Below the pieces are notes generated by a model that made no database searches, was not told the origin of the DNA, and worked only from the letters and a program-made list of their open reading frames with translations. Position numbers and translations under genes: made by a program. From the NCBI GenBank assembly GCA_964057225.1, contig OZ059899.1, positions 19,530,001 through 19,594,000 of the forward strand: a stretch of 64,000 bases of DNA. The letters are read 5' to 3'. The DNA is from Auanema rhodensis. Taxonomy: Eukaryota > Animalia > Nematoda. How positions within the stretch are numbered: position 1 is the first letter of the stretch; every line of letters begins with the position of its first letter. This document shows, piece by piece, positions 14,951 to 30,039 of the stretch.

Positions 14951-17900
14951 TTGAAAAATGATGCATTAGTGTATGTTGAGTTTCCATGTACACTCAACAT
15001 TGCTTCCAAAAACATTTTGACAAAAATTTTTCCGAAAAATTTCGAAAAAATTTCGCAAAAAGTAGATGTTTTTAGATTCCTTTTTTCAAGGCAAAGACGA
15101 TGGACAATGTTATTCAACGAAAAAATTATTTCTGCAGGGTGAAAATCGAGGATATAAGTGTGAACTTATATCAGTTGATATCTCGGTGCATTTTTAAGCT
15201 AGCGCAAATCTGATATCACAGATCGACGCAGCTTAAAAATCCGCATCGAATGCACTATACAACATTGAGAAACGCTTAATACAAAAATTAGTTATGATCG
15301 TTTGAAAAATGATGCATTAGTGTATGTTGAGTTTCCATGTACACTCAACATTGCTTCCAAAAACATTTTGACAAAAATTTTTCCGAAAAATTTCAAAATA
15401 ATTTCGCGAAAAGTAGATGTTTTTAGATTCCTTTTTTCAAGGCAAAGACGATGGACAATGTTATTCAACGAAAAAATTATTTCTGCAGGGTGAAAATCGA
15501 GGATATAAGTGTGAACTTATATCAGTTGAAATCTCGGTGCATTTTTAAGCTAGCGCAAATCTGATAATACAGATCGACGCAGCTTAAAAATCCGCATCGA
15601 ATGCACTATACTGCATTGAGAAACGCTTAATACAAAAGTTAGTTATGATCGTTTGAAAAATGATGCATTAGTGTATGTTGAGTTTCCATGTACACTCAAC
15701 ATTGCTTCCAAAAACATTTTGACAAAAATTTTTTCGAAAAATTTTAAAATAATTTCGCAAAAAGTAGATGTTTTTAGATTCCTTATTTCAAGGCAAAGAC
15801 GATGGACAATGTTATTCAACGAAAAAATTAATTCTGCAGGGTGAAAATCAAGGATATAAGTGTGAACTTATATCAGTTGATATCTCGGTGCATTTTTAAG
15901 CTAGCGCAAATCTGATAATACAGATCGACGCAGCTTAAAAATCCGCATCGAATGCACTATACAACATTGAGAAACGCTTAATACAAAAATTAGTTATGAT
16001 CGTTTGAAAAATGATGCATTAGTGTATGTTGAGTTTCCATGTACACTCAACATTGCTTCCAAAAACATTTTGACAAAAATTTTTTCGAAAAATTTTAAAA
16101 TAATTTCGCAAAAAGTAGATGTTTTTAGATTCCTTATTTCAAGGCAAAGACGATGGACAATGTTATTCAACGAAAAAATTAATTCTGCAGGGTGAAAATC
16201 AAGGATATAAGTGTGAACTTATATCAGTTGATATCTCGGTGCATTTTTAAGCTAGCGCAAATCTGATAACACAGATCGACGCAGCTTAAAAATCCGCATC
16301 GAATGCACTATACTACATTGAGAAACGCTTGATACAAAAATTAGGTATGATCGTTTGAAAAATGATGCATTAGTGTATGTTGAGTTTCCATGTACACTCA
16401 ACATTGCTTCCAAAAACATTTTGACAAAAATTTTTCCGAAAAATTTCGAAAAAATTTCGCAAAAAGTAGATGTTTTTAGATTCCTTTTTTCAAGGCAAAG
16501 ACGATGGACAATGTTATTCAACGAAAAAATTATTTCTGCAGGTTGAAAATCGAGGATATAAGTGTGAACTTATATCAGTTGATATCTCGGTGCATTTTTA
16601 AGCTAGCGCAAATCTGATAACACAGATCGACGCAGCTTGAAAATCCGCATCAAATGCACTATACAACATTGAGAAACGCTTAATACAAAAATTAGTTATG
16701 ATCGTTTGAAAAATGATGCATTAGTGTATGTTGAGTTTCCATGTACACTCAACATTGCTTCCAAAAACATTTTGACAAAAATTTTTCCGAAAAATTTCGA
16801 AAAAATTTCGCAAAAAGTAGATGTTTTTAGATTCCTTTTTTCAAGGCAAAGACGATGGACAATGTTATTCAACGAAAAAATTATTTCTGCAGGGTGAAAA
16901 TCGAGGATATAAGTGTGAACTTATATCAGTTGATATCTCGGTGCATTTTTAAGCTAGCGCAAATCTGATAACACAGATCGACGCAGCTTAAAAATTCGCA
17001 TCGAATGCACTATACAACATTGAGAAACGCTTAATACAAAAATTAGTTATGATCGTTTGAAAAATGATGCATTAGTGTATGTTGAGTTTCCATGTACACT
17101 CAACATTGCTTCCAAAAACATTTTGACAAAAATTTTTCCGAAAAATTTCAAAATAATTTCGCGAAAAGTAGATGTTTTTAGATTCCTTTTTTCAAGGCAA
17201 AGACGATGGACAATGTTATTCAACGAAAAAATTATTTCTGCAGGGTGAAAATCGAGGATATAAGTGTGAACTTATATCAGTTGATATCTCGGTGCATTTT
17301 TAAGCTAGCGCAAATCTGATAACACAGATCGACGCAGCTTAAAAATCCGCATCGAATGCACTATACAACATTGAGAAACGCTTAATACAAAAATTAGTTA
17401 TGATCGTTTGAAAAATGATGCATTAGTGTATGTTGAGTTTCCATGTACACTCAACATTGCTTCCAAAAACATTTTGACAAAAATTTTTCCGAAAAATTTC
17501 AAAATAATTTCGCGAAAAGTAGATGTTTTTAGATTCCTTTTTTCAAGGCAAAGACGATGGACAATGTTATTCAACGAAAAAATTATTTCTGCAGGGTGAA
17601 AATCGAGGATATAAGTGTGAACTTATATCAGTTGAAATCTCGGTGCATTTTTAAGCTAGCGCAAATCTGATAACACAGATCGACGCAGCTTAAAAATCCG
17701 CATCGAATGCACTATACAACATTGAGAAACGCTCAATACAAAAATTAGTTATGATCGTTTGAAAAATGATGCATTAGTGTATGTTGAGTTTCCATGTACA
17801 CTCAACATTGCTTCCAAAAACATTTTGACAAAAATTTTTCCGAAAAATTTCAAAATAATTTCGCGAAAAGTAGATGTTTTTAGATTCCTTTTTTCAAGGC

Positions 17901-20900
17901 AAAGACGATGGACAATGTTATTCAACGAAAAAATTATTTCTGCAGGGTGAAAATCGAGGATATAAGTGTGAACTTATATCAGTTGAAATCTCGGTGCATT
18001 TTTAAGCTAGCGCAAATCTGATAATACAGATCGACGCAGCTTAAAATTCCGCATCGAATGCACTATACTGCATTGAGAAACGCTTAATACAAAAGTTAGT
18101 TATGATCGTTTGAAAAATGATGCATTAGTGTATGTTGAGTTTCCATGTACACTCAACATTGCTTCCAAAAACATTTTGACAAAAATTTTTCCGAAAAATT
18201 TCGAAAAAATTTCGCAAAAAGTAGATGTTTTTAGATTCCTTTTTTCAAGGCAAAGACGATGGACAATGTTATTCAACGAAAAAATTATTTCTGCAGGGTG
18301 AAAATCGAGGATATAAGTGTGAACTTATATCAGTTGATATCTCGGTGCATTTTTAAGCTAGCGCAAATCTGATAACACAGATCGACGCAGCTTAAAAATT
18401 CGCATCGAATGCACTATACAACATTGAGAAACGCTTAATACAAAAATTAGTTATGATCGTTTGAAAAATGATGCATTAGTGTATGTTGAGTTTCCATGTA
18501 CACTCAACATTGCTTCCAAAAACATTTTGACAAAAATTTTTCCGAAAAATTTCAAAATAATTTCGCGAAAAGTAGATGTTTTTAGATTCCTTTTTTCAAG
18601 GCAAAGACGATGGACAATGTTATTCAACGAAAAAATTATTTCTGCAGGGTGAAAATCGAGGATATAAGTGTGAACTTATATCAGTTGATATCTCGGTGTA
18701 TTTTTAAGCTAGCGCAAATCTGATAACACAGATCGACGCAGCTTAAAAATCCGCATCGAATGCACTATACAACATTGAGAAACGCTTAATACAAAAATTA
18801 GTTATGATCGTTTGAAAAATGATGCATTAGTGTATGTTGAGTTTCCATGTACACTCAACATTGCTTCCAAAAACATTTTGACAAAAATTTTTCCGAAAAA
18901 TTTCAAAATAATTTCGCGAAAAGTAGATGTTTTTAGATTCCTTTTTTCAAGGCAAAGACGATGGACAATGTTATTCAACGAAAAAATTATTTCTGCAGGG
19001 TGAAAATCGAGGATATAAGTGTGAACTTATATCAGTTGAAATCTCGGTGCATTTTTAAGCTAGCGCAAATCTGATAACACAGATCGACGCAGCTTAAAAA
19101 TCCGCATCGAATGCACTATACAACATTGAGAAACGCTTAATACAAAAATTAGTTATGATCGTTTGAAAAATGATGCATTAGTGTATGTTCAGTTTCCATG
19201 TACACTCAACATTGCTTCCAAAAACATTTTGACAAAAATTTTTCCGAAAAATTTCAAAATAATTTCGCGAAAAGTAGATGTTTTTAGATTCCTTTTTTCA
19301 AGGCAAAGACGATGGACAGTGTTATTCAACGAAAAAATTATTTCTGCAGGGTGAAAATCGAGGATATAAGTGTGAACTTATATCAGTTGAAATCTCGGTG
19401 CATTTTTAAGCTAGCGCAAATCTGATAATACAGATCGACGCAGCTTAAAAATCCGCATCGAATGCACTATACTGCATTGAGAAACGCTTAATACAAAAAT
19501 TAGTTATGATCGTTTGAAAAATGATGCATTAGTGTATGTTGAGTTTCCATGTACACTCAACATTGCTTCCAAAAACATTTTGACAAAAATTTTTCCGAAA
19601 AATTTTAAAATAATTTCGCAAAAAGTAGATGTTTTTAGATTCCTTTTTTCAAGGCAAAGACGATGGACAATGTTATTCAACGAAAAAATTATTTCTGCAG
19701 GGTGAAAATCGAGGATATAAGTGTGAACTTATATCAGTTGATATCTCGGTGCATTTTTAAGCTAGCGCAAATCTGATAACACAGATCGACGCAGCTTACA
19801 AATCCGCATCGAATGCACTATACAACATTGAGAAACGCTTAATACAAAAATTAGTTATGATCGTTTGAAAAATGATGCATTAGTGTATGTTGAGTTTCCA
19901 TGTACACTCAACATTGCTTCCAAAAACATTTTGACAAAAATTTTTCCGAAAAATTTCAAAATAATTTCGCGAAAAGTAGATGTTTTTAGATTCCTTTTTT
20001 CAAGGCAAAGACGATGGACAATGTTATTCAACGAAAAAATTATTTCTGCAGGGTGAAAATCGAGGATATAAGTGTGAACTTATATCAGTTGATATCTCGG
20101 TGCATTTTTAAGCTAGCGCAAATCTGATAACACAGATCGACGCAGCTTAAAAATCCGCATCGAATGCACTATACTGCATTGAGAAACGCTTAATACAAAA
20201 GTTAGTTATGATCGTTTGAAAAATGATGCATTAGTGTATGTTGAGTTTCCATGTACACTCAACATTGCTTCCAAAAACATTTTGACAAAAATTTTTCCGA
20301 AAAATTTCAAAATAATTTCGCGAAAAGTAGATGTTTTTAGATTCCTTTTTTCAAGGGAAAGACGATGGACAATGTTATTCAACGAAAAAATTGTTTCTGC
20401 AGGGTGAAAATCGAGGATATAAGTGTGAACTTATATCAGTTGATATCTCGGTGCATTTTTAAGCTAGCGCAAATCTGATAACACAGATCGACGCAGCTTA
20501 AAAATCCGCATCGAATGCACTATACTGTATTGAGAAACGCTTAATACAAAAGTTAGTTATGGTCGTTTGAAAAATGATGCATTAGTGTATGTTGAGTTTC
20601 CATGTACACTCAACATTGCTTCCAAAAACATTTTGACAAAAATTTTTCCGAAAAATTTTAAAATAATTTCGCAAAAAGTAGATGTTTTTAGATTCCTTTT
20701 TTCAAGGCAAAGACGATGGACAATGTTATTCAACGAAAAAATTATTTCTGCAGGGTGAAAATCGAGGATATAAGTGTGAACTTATATCAGTTGATATCTC
20801 GGTGCATTTTTAAGCTAGCGCAAATTTGATAACACAGATCGACGCAGCTTAAAAATTCGCATCGAATGCACTATACAACATTGAGAAACGCTTAATACAA

Positions 20901-21599
20901 AAATTAGTTATGATCGTTTGAAAAATGATGCATTAGTGTATGTTGAGTTTCCATGTACACTCAACATTGCTTCCAAAAACATTTTGACAAAAATTTTTCC
21001 GAAAAATTTCAAAATAATTTCGCGAAAAGTAGATGTTTTTAGATTCCTTTTTTCAAGGCAAAGACGATGGACAATGTTATTCAACGAAAAAATTATTTCT
21101 GCAGGGTGAAAATCGAGGATATAAGTGTGAACTTATATCAGTTGATATCTCGGTGCATTTTTAAGCTAGCGCAAATCTGATAACACAGATCGACGCAGCT
21201 TGAAAATCCGCATCAAATGCACTATACAACATTGAGAAACGCTTAATACAAAAATTAGTTATGATCGTTTGAAAAATGATGCATTAGTGTATGTTGAGTT
21301 TCCATGTACACTCAACATTGCTTCCAAAAACATTTTGACAAAAATTTTTCCGAAAAATTTCAAAATAATTTCGCGAAAAGTAGATGTTTTTAGATTCCTT
21401 TTTTCAAGGCAAAGACGATGGACAATGTTATTCAACGAAAAAATTATTTCTGCAGGGTGAAAATCAAGGATATAAGTGTGAACTTATATCAGTTGAAATC
21501 TCGGTGCATTTTTAAGCTAGCGCAAATCTGATAACACAGATCGACGCAGCTTAAAAATCCGCATCGAATGCACTATACAACATTGAGAAACGCTTAATA

Positions 21600-24500
21600 C
21601 AAAAATTAGTTATGATCGTTTGAAAAATGATGCATTAGTGTATGTTGAGTTTCCATGTACACTCAACATTGCTTCCAAAAACATTTTGACAAAAATTTTT
21701 CCGAAAAATTTCAAAATAATTTCGCGAAAAGTAGATGTTTTTAGATTCCTTTTTTCAAGGCAAAGACGATGGACAATGTTATTCAACGAAAAAATTATTT
21801 CTGCAGGGTGAAAATCGAGGATATAAGTGTGAACTTATATCAGTTGAAATCTCGGTGCATTTTTAAGGTAGCGCAAATCTGATAATACAGATCGACGCAG
21901 CTTAAAAATCCGCATCGAATGCACTATACTGCATTGAGAAACGCTTAATACAAAAGTTAGTTATGATCGTTTGAAAAATGATGCATTAGTGTATGTTGAG
22001 TTTCCATGTACACTCAACATTGCTTCCAAAAACATTTTGACAAATTTTTTCCGAAAAATTTTAAAATAATTTCGCAAAAAGTAGATGTTTTTAGATTCCT
22101 TTTTTCAAGGCAAAGACGATGGACAATGTTATTCAACGAAAAAATTATTTCTGCAGGGTGAAAATCGAGGATATAAGTGTGAACTTATATCAGTTGAAAT
22201 CTCGGTGCATTTTTAAGCTAGCGCAAATCTGATAACACAGATCGACGCAGCTTAAAAATTCGCATCGAATACACTATACAACATTGAGAAACGCTTAATA
22301 CAAAAATTAGTTATGATCGTTTGAAAAATGATGCATTAGTGTATGTTGAGTTTCCATGTACACTCAACATTGCTTCCAAAAACATTTTGACAAAAATGTT
22401 TCCGAAAAATTTCAAAATAATTTCGCGAAAAGTAGATGTTTTTAGATTCCTTTTTTCAAGGCAAAGACGATGGACAATGTTATTCAACGAAAAAATTATT
22501 TCTGCAGGGTGAAAATCGAGGATATAAGTGTGAACTTATATCAGTTGAAATCTCGGTGCATTTTTAAGCTAGCGCAAATCTGATAACACAGATCGACGCA
22601 GCTTAAAAATCCGCATCGAATGCACTATACAACATTGAGAAACGCTTAATACAAAAATTAGTTATGATCGTTTGAAAAATGATGCATTAGTGTATGTTGA
22701 AGTTCCATGTACACTCAACATTGCTTCCAAAAACATTTTGACAAAAATTTTTCCGAAAAATTTCAAAATAATTTCGCGAAAAGTAGATGTTTTTAGATTC
22801 CTTTTTTCAAGGCAAAGACGATGGACAATGTTATTCAACGAAAAAATTATTTCTGCAGGGTGAAAATCGAGGATATAAGTGTGAACTTATATCAGTTGAA
22901 ATCTCGGTGCATTTTTAAGCTAGCGCAAATCTGATAATACAGATCGACGCAGCTTAAAAATCCGCATCGAATGCACTATACTGCATTGAGAAACGCTTAA
23001 TACAAAAGTTAGTTATGATCGTTTGAAAAATGATGCATTAGTGTATGTTGAGTTTCCATGTACACTCAACATTGCTTCCAAAAACATTTTGACAAATTTT
23101 TTCCGAAAAATTTTAAAATAATTTCGCAAAAAGTAGATGTTTTTAGATTCCTTTTTTCAAGGCAAAGACGATGGACAATGTTATTCAACGAAAAAATTAT
23201 TTCTGCAGGGTGAAAATCGAGGATATAAGTGTGAACTTATATCAGTTGAAATCTCGGTGCATTTTTAAGCTAGCGCAAATCTGATAACACAGATCGACGC
23301 AGCTTAAAAATTCGCATCGAATGCACTATACAACATTGAGAAACGCTTAATACAAAAATTAGTTATGATCGTTTGAAAAATGATGCATTAGTGTATGTTG
23401 AGTTTCCATGTACACTCAACATTGCTTCCAAAAACATTTTGACAAAAATGTTTCCGAAAAATTTCAAAATAATTTCGCGAAAAGTAGATGTTTTTAGATT
23501 CCTTTTTTCAAGGCAAAGACGATGGACAATGTTATTCAACGAAAAAATTATTTCTGCAGGGTGAAAATCGAGGATATAAGTGTGAACTTATATCAGTTGA
23601 AATCTCGGTGCATTTTTAAGCTAGCGCAAATCTGATAACACAGATCGACGCAGCTTAAAAATCCGCATCGAATGCACTATACAACATTGAGAAACGCTTA
23701 ATACAAAAATTAGTTATGATCGTTTGAAAAATGATGCATTAGTGTATGTTGAAGTTCCATGTACACTCAACATTGCTTCCAAAAACATTTTGACAAAGAT
23801 TTTTCCGAAAAATTTCAAAATAATTTCGCGAAAAGTAGATGTTTTTAGATTCCTTTTTTCAAGGCAAAGACGATGGACAATGTTATTCAACGAAAAAATT
23901 ATTTCTGCAGGGTGAAAATCGAGGATATAAGTGTGAACTTATATCAGTTGAAATCTCGGTGCATTTTTAAGCTAGCGCAAATCTGATAATACAGATCGAC
24001 GCAGCTTAAAAATCCGCATCGAATGCACTATACTGCATTGAGAAACGCTTAATACAAAAGTTAGTTATGATCGTTTGAAAAATGATGCATTAGTGTATGT
24101 TGAGTTTCCATGTACACTCAACATTGCTTCCAAAAACATTTTGACAAATTTTTTCCGAAAAATTTTAAAATAATTTCGCAAAAAGTAGATGTTTTTAGAT
24201 TCCTTTTTTCAAGGCAAAGACGATGGACAATGTTATTCAACGAAAAAATTATTTCTGCAGGGTGAAAATCGAGGATATAAGTGTGAACTTATATCAGTTG
24301 ATATCTCGGTGCATTTTTAAGCTAGCGCAAATCTGATAACACAGATCGACGCAGCTTAAAAATTCGCATCGAATGCACTATACAACATTGAGAAACGCTT
24401 AATACAAAAATTAGTTATGATAGTTTGAGAAATGATGCATTAGTGTATGTTGAGTTTCCATGTACACTCAACATTGCTTCCAAAAACATTTTGACAAAAA

Positions 24501-24800
24501 TGTTTCCGAAAAATTTCAAAATAATTTCGCGAAAAGTAGATGTTTTTAGATTCCTTTTTTCAAGGCAAAGACGATGGACAATGTTATTCAACGAAAAAAT
24601 TATTTCTGCAGGGTGAAAATCGAGGATATAAGTGTGAACTTATATCAGTTGAAATCTCGGTGCATTTTTAAGCTAGCGCAAATCTGATAACACAGATCGA
24701 CGCAGCTTAAAAATCCGCATCGAATGCACTATACAACATTGAGAAACGCTTAATACAAAAATTAGTTATGATCGTTTGAAAAATGATGCATTAGTGTATG
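21600..24800. repeat. 3-monomer higher-order repeat (1052 bp, three copies) marked by a 1-bp deletion
   Basis: GACAAATTTTTT (-1 bp) occurs near 22045, 23097 and 24149, each followed by a monomer with AAAATGTTTCC. GAAGTTCC occurs near 22701 and 23753. Confidence 0.88.
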
Positions 24801-27800
24801 TTGAGTTTCCATGTACACTCAACATTGCTTCCAAAAACATTTTGACAAAAATTTTTCCGAAAAATTTCAAAATAATTTCGCGAAAAGTAGATGTTTTTAG
24901 ATTCCTTTTTTCAAGGCAAAGACGATGGACAATGTTATTCAACGAAAAAATTATTTCTGCAGGGTGAAAATCGAGGATATAAGTGTGAACTTATATCAGT
25001 TGAAATCTCGGTGCATTTTTAAGCTAGCGCAAATCTGATAATACAGATCGACGCAGCTTAAAAATCCGCATCGAATGCACTATACTGCATTGAGAAACGC
25101 TTAATACAAAAGTTAGTTATGATCGTTTGAAAAATGATGCATTAGTGTATGTTGAGTTTCCATGTACACTCAACATTGCTTCCAAAAACATTTTGACAAA
25201 AATTTTTCCGAAAAATTTTAAAATAATTTCGCAAAAAGTAGATGTTTTTAGATTCCTTTTTTTAAGGCAAAGACGATGGACAATGTTATTCAACGAAAAA
25301 ATTATTTCTGCAGGGTGAAAATCGAGGATATAAGTGTGAACTTATATCAGTTGAAATCTCGGTGCATTTTTAAGCTAGCGCAAATCTGATAACACAGATC
25401 GACGCAGCTTAAAAATCCGCATCAAATGCACTATACAACATTGAGAAACGCTTAATACAAAAATTAGTTATGATCGTTTGAAAAATGATGCATTAGTGTA
25501 TGTTGAGTTTCCATGTACACTCAACATTGCTTCCAAAAACTTTTTGACAAAAATGTTTCCGAAAAATTTCAAAATAATTTCGCGAAAAGTAGATGTTTTT
25601 AGATTCCTTTTTTCAAGGCAAAGACGATGGACAATGTTATTCAACGAAAAAATTATTTCTGCAGGGTGAAAATCGAGGATATAAGTGTGAACTTATATCA
25701 GTTGAAATCTCGGTGCATTTTTAAGCTAGCGCAAATCTGATAACACAGATCGACGCAGCTTAAAAATCCGCATCGAATGCACTATACAACATTGAGAAAC
25801 GCTTAATACAAAAATTAGTTATGATCGTTTGAAAAATGATGCATTAGTGTATGTTGAGTTTCCATGTACACTCAACATTGCTTCCAAAAACATTTTGACA
25901 AAAATGTTTCCGAAAAATTTCAAAATAATTTCGCGAAAAGTAGATGTTTTTAGATTCCTTTTTTCAAGGCAAAGACGATGGACAATGTTATTCAACGAAA
26001 AAATTATTTCTGCAGGGTGAAAATCGAGGATATAAGTGTGAACTTATATCAGTTGAAATCTCGGTGCATTTTTAAGCTAGCGCAAATCTGATAACACAGA
26101 TCGACGCAGCTTAAAAATCCGCATCGAATGCACTATACAACATTGAGAAACGCTTAATACAAAAATTAGTTATGATCGTTTGAAAAATGATGCATTAGTG
26201 TATGTTGAGTTTCCATGTACACTCAACATTGCTTCCAAAAACATTTTGACAAAAATGTTTCCGAAAAATTTCAAAATAATTTCGCGAAAAGTAGATGTTT
26301 TTAGATTCCTTTTTTCAAGGCAAAGACGATGGACAATGTTATTCAACGAAAAAATTATTTCTGCAGGGTGAAAATCGAGGATATAAGTGTGAACTTATAT
26401 CAGTTGAAATCTCGGTGCATTTTTAAGCTAGCGCAAATCTGATAACACAGATCGACGCAGCTTAAAAATCCGCATCGAATGCACTATACAACATTGAGAA
26501 ACGCTTAATACAAAAATTAGTTATGATCGTTTGAAAAATGATGCATTAGTGTATGTTGAGTTTCCATGTACACTCAACATTGCTTCCAAAAACATTTTGA
26601 CAAAAATTTTTCCGAAAAATTTCAAAATAATTTCGCGAAAAGTAGATGTTTTTAGATTCCTTTTTTCAAGGCAAAGACGATGGACAATGTTATTCAACGA
26701 AAAAATTATTTCTGCAGGGTGAAAATCGAGGATATAAGTGTGAACTTATATCAGTTGAAATCTCGGTGCATTTTTAAGCTAGCGCAAATCTGATAATACA
26801 GATCGACGCAGCTTAAAAATCCGCATCGAATGCACTATACTGCATTGAGAAACGCTTAATACAAAAGTTAGTTATGATCGTTTGAAAAATGATGCATTAG
26901 TGTATGTTGAGTTTCCATGTACACTCAACATTGCTTCCAAAAACATTTTGACAAAAATTTTTCCGAAAAATTTTAAAATAATTTCGCAAAAAGTAGATGT
27001 TTTTAGATTCCTTTTTTCAAGGCAAAGACGATGGACAATGTTATTCAACGAAAAAATTATTTCTGCAGGGTGAAAATCGAGGATATAAGTGTGAACTTAT
27101 ATCAGTTGATATCTCGGTGCATTTTTAAGCTAGCGCAAATCTGATAACACAGATCGACGCAGCTTAAAAATCCGCATCGAATGCACTATACAACATTGAG
27201 AAACGCTTAATACAAAAATTAGTTATGATCGTTTGAAAAATGATGCATTAGTGTATGTTGAGTTTCCATGTACACTCAACATTGCTTCCAAAAACATTTT
27301 GACAAAAATTTTTCCGAAAAATTTCAAAATAATTTCGCGAAAAGTAGATGTTTTTAGATTCCTTTTTTCAAGGCAAAGACGATGGACAATGTTATTCAAC
27401 GAAAAAATTATTTCTGCAGGGTGAAAATCGAGGATATAAGTGTGAACTTACATCAGTTGAAATCTCGGTGCATTTTTAAGCTAGCGCAAATCTGATAACA
27501 CAGATCGACGCAGCTTAAAAATCCGCATTGAATGCACTATACAACATTGAGAAACGCTTAATACAAAAATTAGTTATGATCGTTTGAAAAATGATGCATT
27601 AGTGTATGTTGAGTTTCCATGTACACTCAACATTGCTTCCAAAAACATTTTGACAAAAAATTTTCCGAAAAATTTCAGAATAATTTCGCGAAAAGTAGAT
27701 GTTTTTAAATTCCTTTTTTCAAGGCAAAGACGATGGACAATGTTATTCAACGAAAAAATTATTTCTGCAGGGTGAAAATCGAGGATATAAGTGTGATCTT

Positions 27801-30039
27801 ATATCAGTTGATATCTCGGTGCATTTTTAAGCTAGCGCAAATCTGATAACACAGATCGACGCAGCTTGAAAATCCGCATCGAATGCACTATACAACATTG
27901 AGAAACGCTTGATACAAAAATTAGTTATGATCGTTTGAAAAATGATGCATTAGTGTATGTTGAGTTTCCATGTACACTCAACATTGCTTCCAAAAACATT
28001 TTGACAAAAATTTTTCCGAAAAATTTTAAAATAATTTCGCAAAAAGTAGATGTTTTTAGATTCCTTTTTTCAAGGCAAAGACGATGGACAATGTTATTCA
28101 ACGAAAAAATTATTTCTGCAGGGTGAAAATCGAGGATATAAGTGTGAACTTATATCAGTTGATATCTCGGTGCATTTTTAAGCTAGCGCAAATCTGATAA
28201 CACAGATCGACGCAGCTTACAAATCCGCATCGAATGCACTATACAACATTGAGAAACGCTTAATACAAAAGTTAGTTATGATCGTTTGAAAAATGATGCA
28301 TTAGTGTATGTTGAGTTTCCATGTACACTCAACATTGCTTCCAAAAACATTTTGACAAAAATTTTTCCGAAAAATTTTAAAATAATTTCGCAAAAAGTAG
28401 ATGTTTTTAGATTCCTTTTTTCAAGGCAAAGACGATGGACAATGTTATTCAACGAAAAAATTATTTCTGCAGGGTGAAAATCGAGGATATAAGTGTGAAC
28501 TTATATCAGTTGATATCTCGGTGCATTTTTAAGCTAGCGCAAATCTGATAACACAGATCGACGCAGCTTAAAAATCCGCATCGAATGCACTATACAACAT
28601 TGAGAAACGCTTAATACAAAAATTAGTTATGATCGTTTGAAAAATGATGCATTAGTGTATGTTGAGTTTCCATGTACACTCAACATTGCTTCCAAAAACA
28701 TTTTGACAAAAATTTTTCCGAAAAATTTCAAAATAATTTCGCGAAAAGTAGATGTTTTTAGATTCCTTTTTTCAAGGGAAAGACGATGGACAATGTTATT
28801 CAACGAAAAAATTATTTCTGCAGGGTGAAAATCGAGGATATAAGTGTGAACTTATATCAGTTGAAATCTCGGTGCATTTTTAAGCTAGCGCAAATCTGAT
28901 AACACAGATCGACGCAGCTTGAAAATCCGCATCAAATGCACTATACAACATTGAGAAACGCTTAATACAAAAATTAGTTATGATCGTTTGAAAAATGATG
29001 CATTAGTGTATGTTGAGTTTCCATGTACACTCAACATTGCTTCCAAAAACATTTTGACAAAAATTTTTCCGAAAAATTTCAAAATAATTTCGCGAAAAGT
29101 AGATGTTTTTAGATTCCTTTTTTCAAGGGAAAGACGATGGACAATGTTATTCAACGAAAAAATTATTTCTGCAGGGTGAAAATCGAGGATATAAGTGTGA
29201 ACTTATATCAGTTGAAATCTCGGTGCATTTTTAAGCTAGCGCAAATCTGATAACACAGATCGACGCAGCTTAAAAATCCGCATCGAATGCACTATACAAC
29301 ATTGAGAAACGCTTAATACAAAAATTAGTTATGATCGTTTGAAAAATGATGCATTAGTGTATGTTGAGTTTCCATGTACACTCAACATTGCTTCCAAAAA
29401 CATTTTGACAAAAATTTTTCCGAAAAATTTCAAAATAATTTCGCGAAAAGTAGATGTTTTTAGATTCCTTTTTTCAAGGGAAAGACGATGGACAATGTTA
29501 TTCAACGAAAAAATTATTTCTGCAGGGTGAAAATCGAGGATATAAGTGTGAACTTATATCAGTTGAAATCTCGGTGCATTTTTAAGCTAGCGCAAATCTG
29601 ATAACACAGATCGACGCAGCTTAAAAATCCGCATCGAATGCACTATACTACATTGAGAAACGCTTAATACAAAAATTAGTTATGATCGTTTGAAAAATGA
29701 TGCATTAGTGTATGTTGAGTTTCCATGTACACTCAACATTGCTTCCAAAAACATTTTGACAAAAATTTTTCCGAAAAATTTCAAAATAATTTTGCGAAAA
29801 GTAGATGTTTTTAGATTCCTTTTTTCAAGGCAAAGACGATGGACAATGTTATTCAACGAAAAAATTATTTCTGCAGGGTGAAAATCGAGGATATAAGTGT
29901 GAACTTATATCAGTTGAAATCTCGGTGCATTTTTAAGCTAGCGCAAATCTGATAACACAGATCGACGCAGCTTGAAAATCCGCATCGAATGCACTATACA
30001 ACATTGAGAAACGTTTAATACAAAAATTAGTTATGATCG

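Noticed and set aside
2912-16521. Minus-strand 89-aa ORFs (2912, 12389, 14848, 16252)
   Set aside because: They appear only where the TTAGGTATG variant removes a stop codon, so they are chance readthroughs of the satellite.
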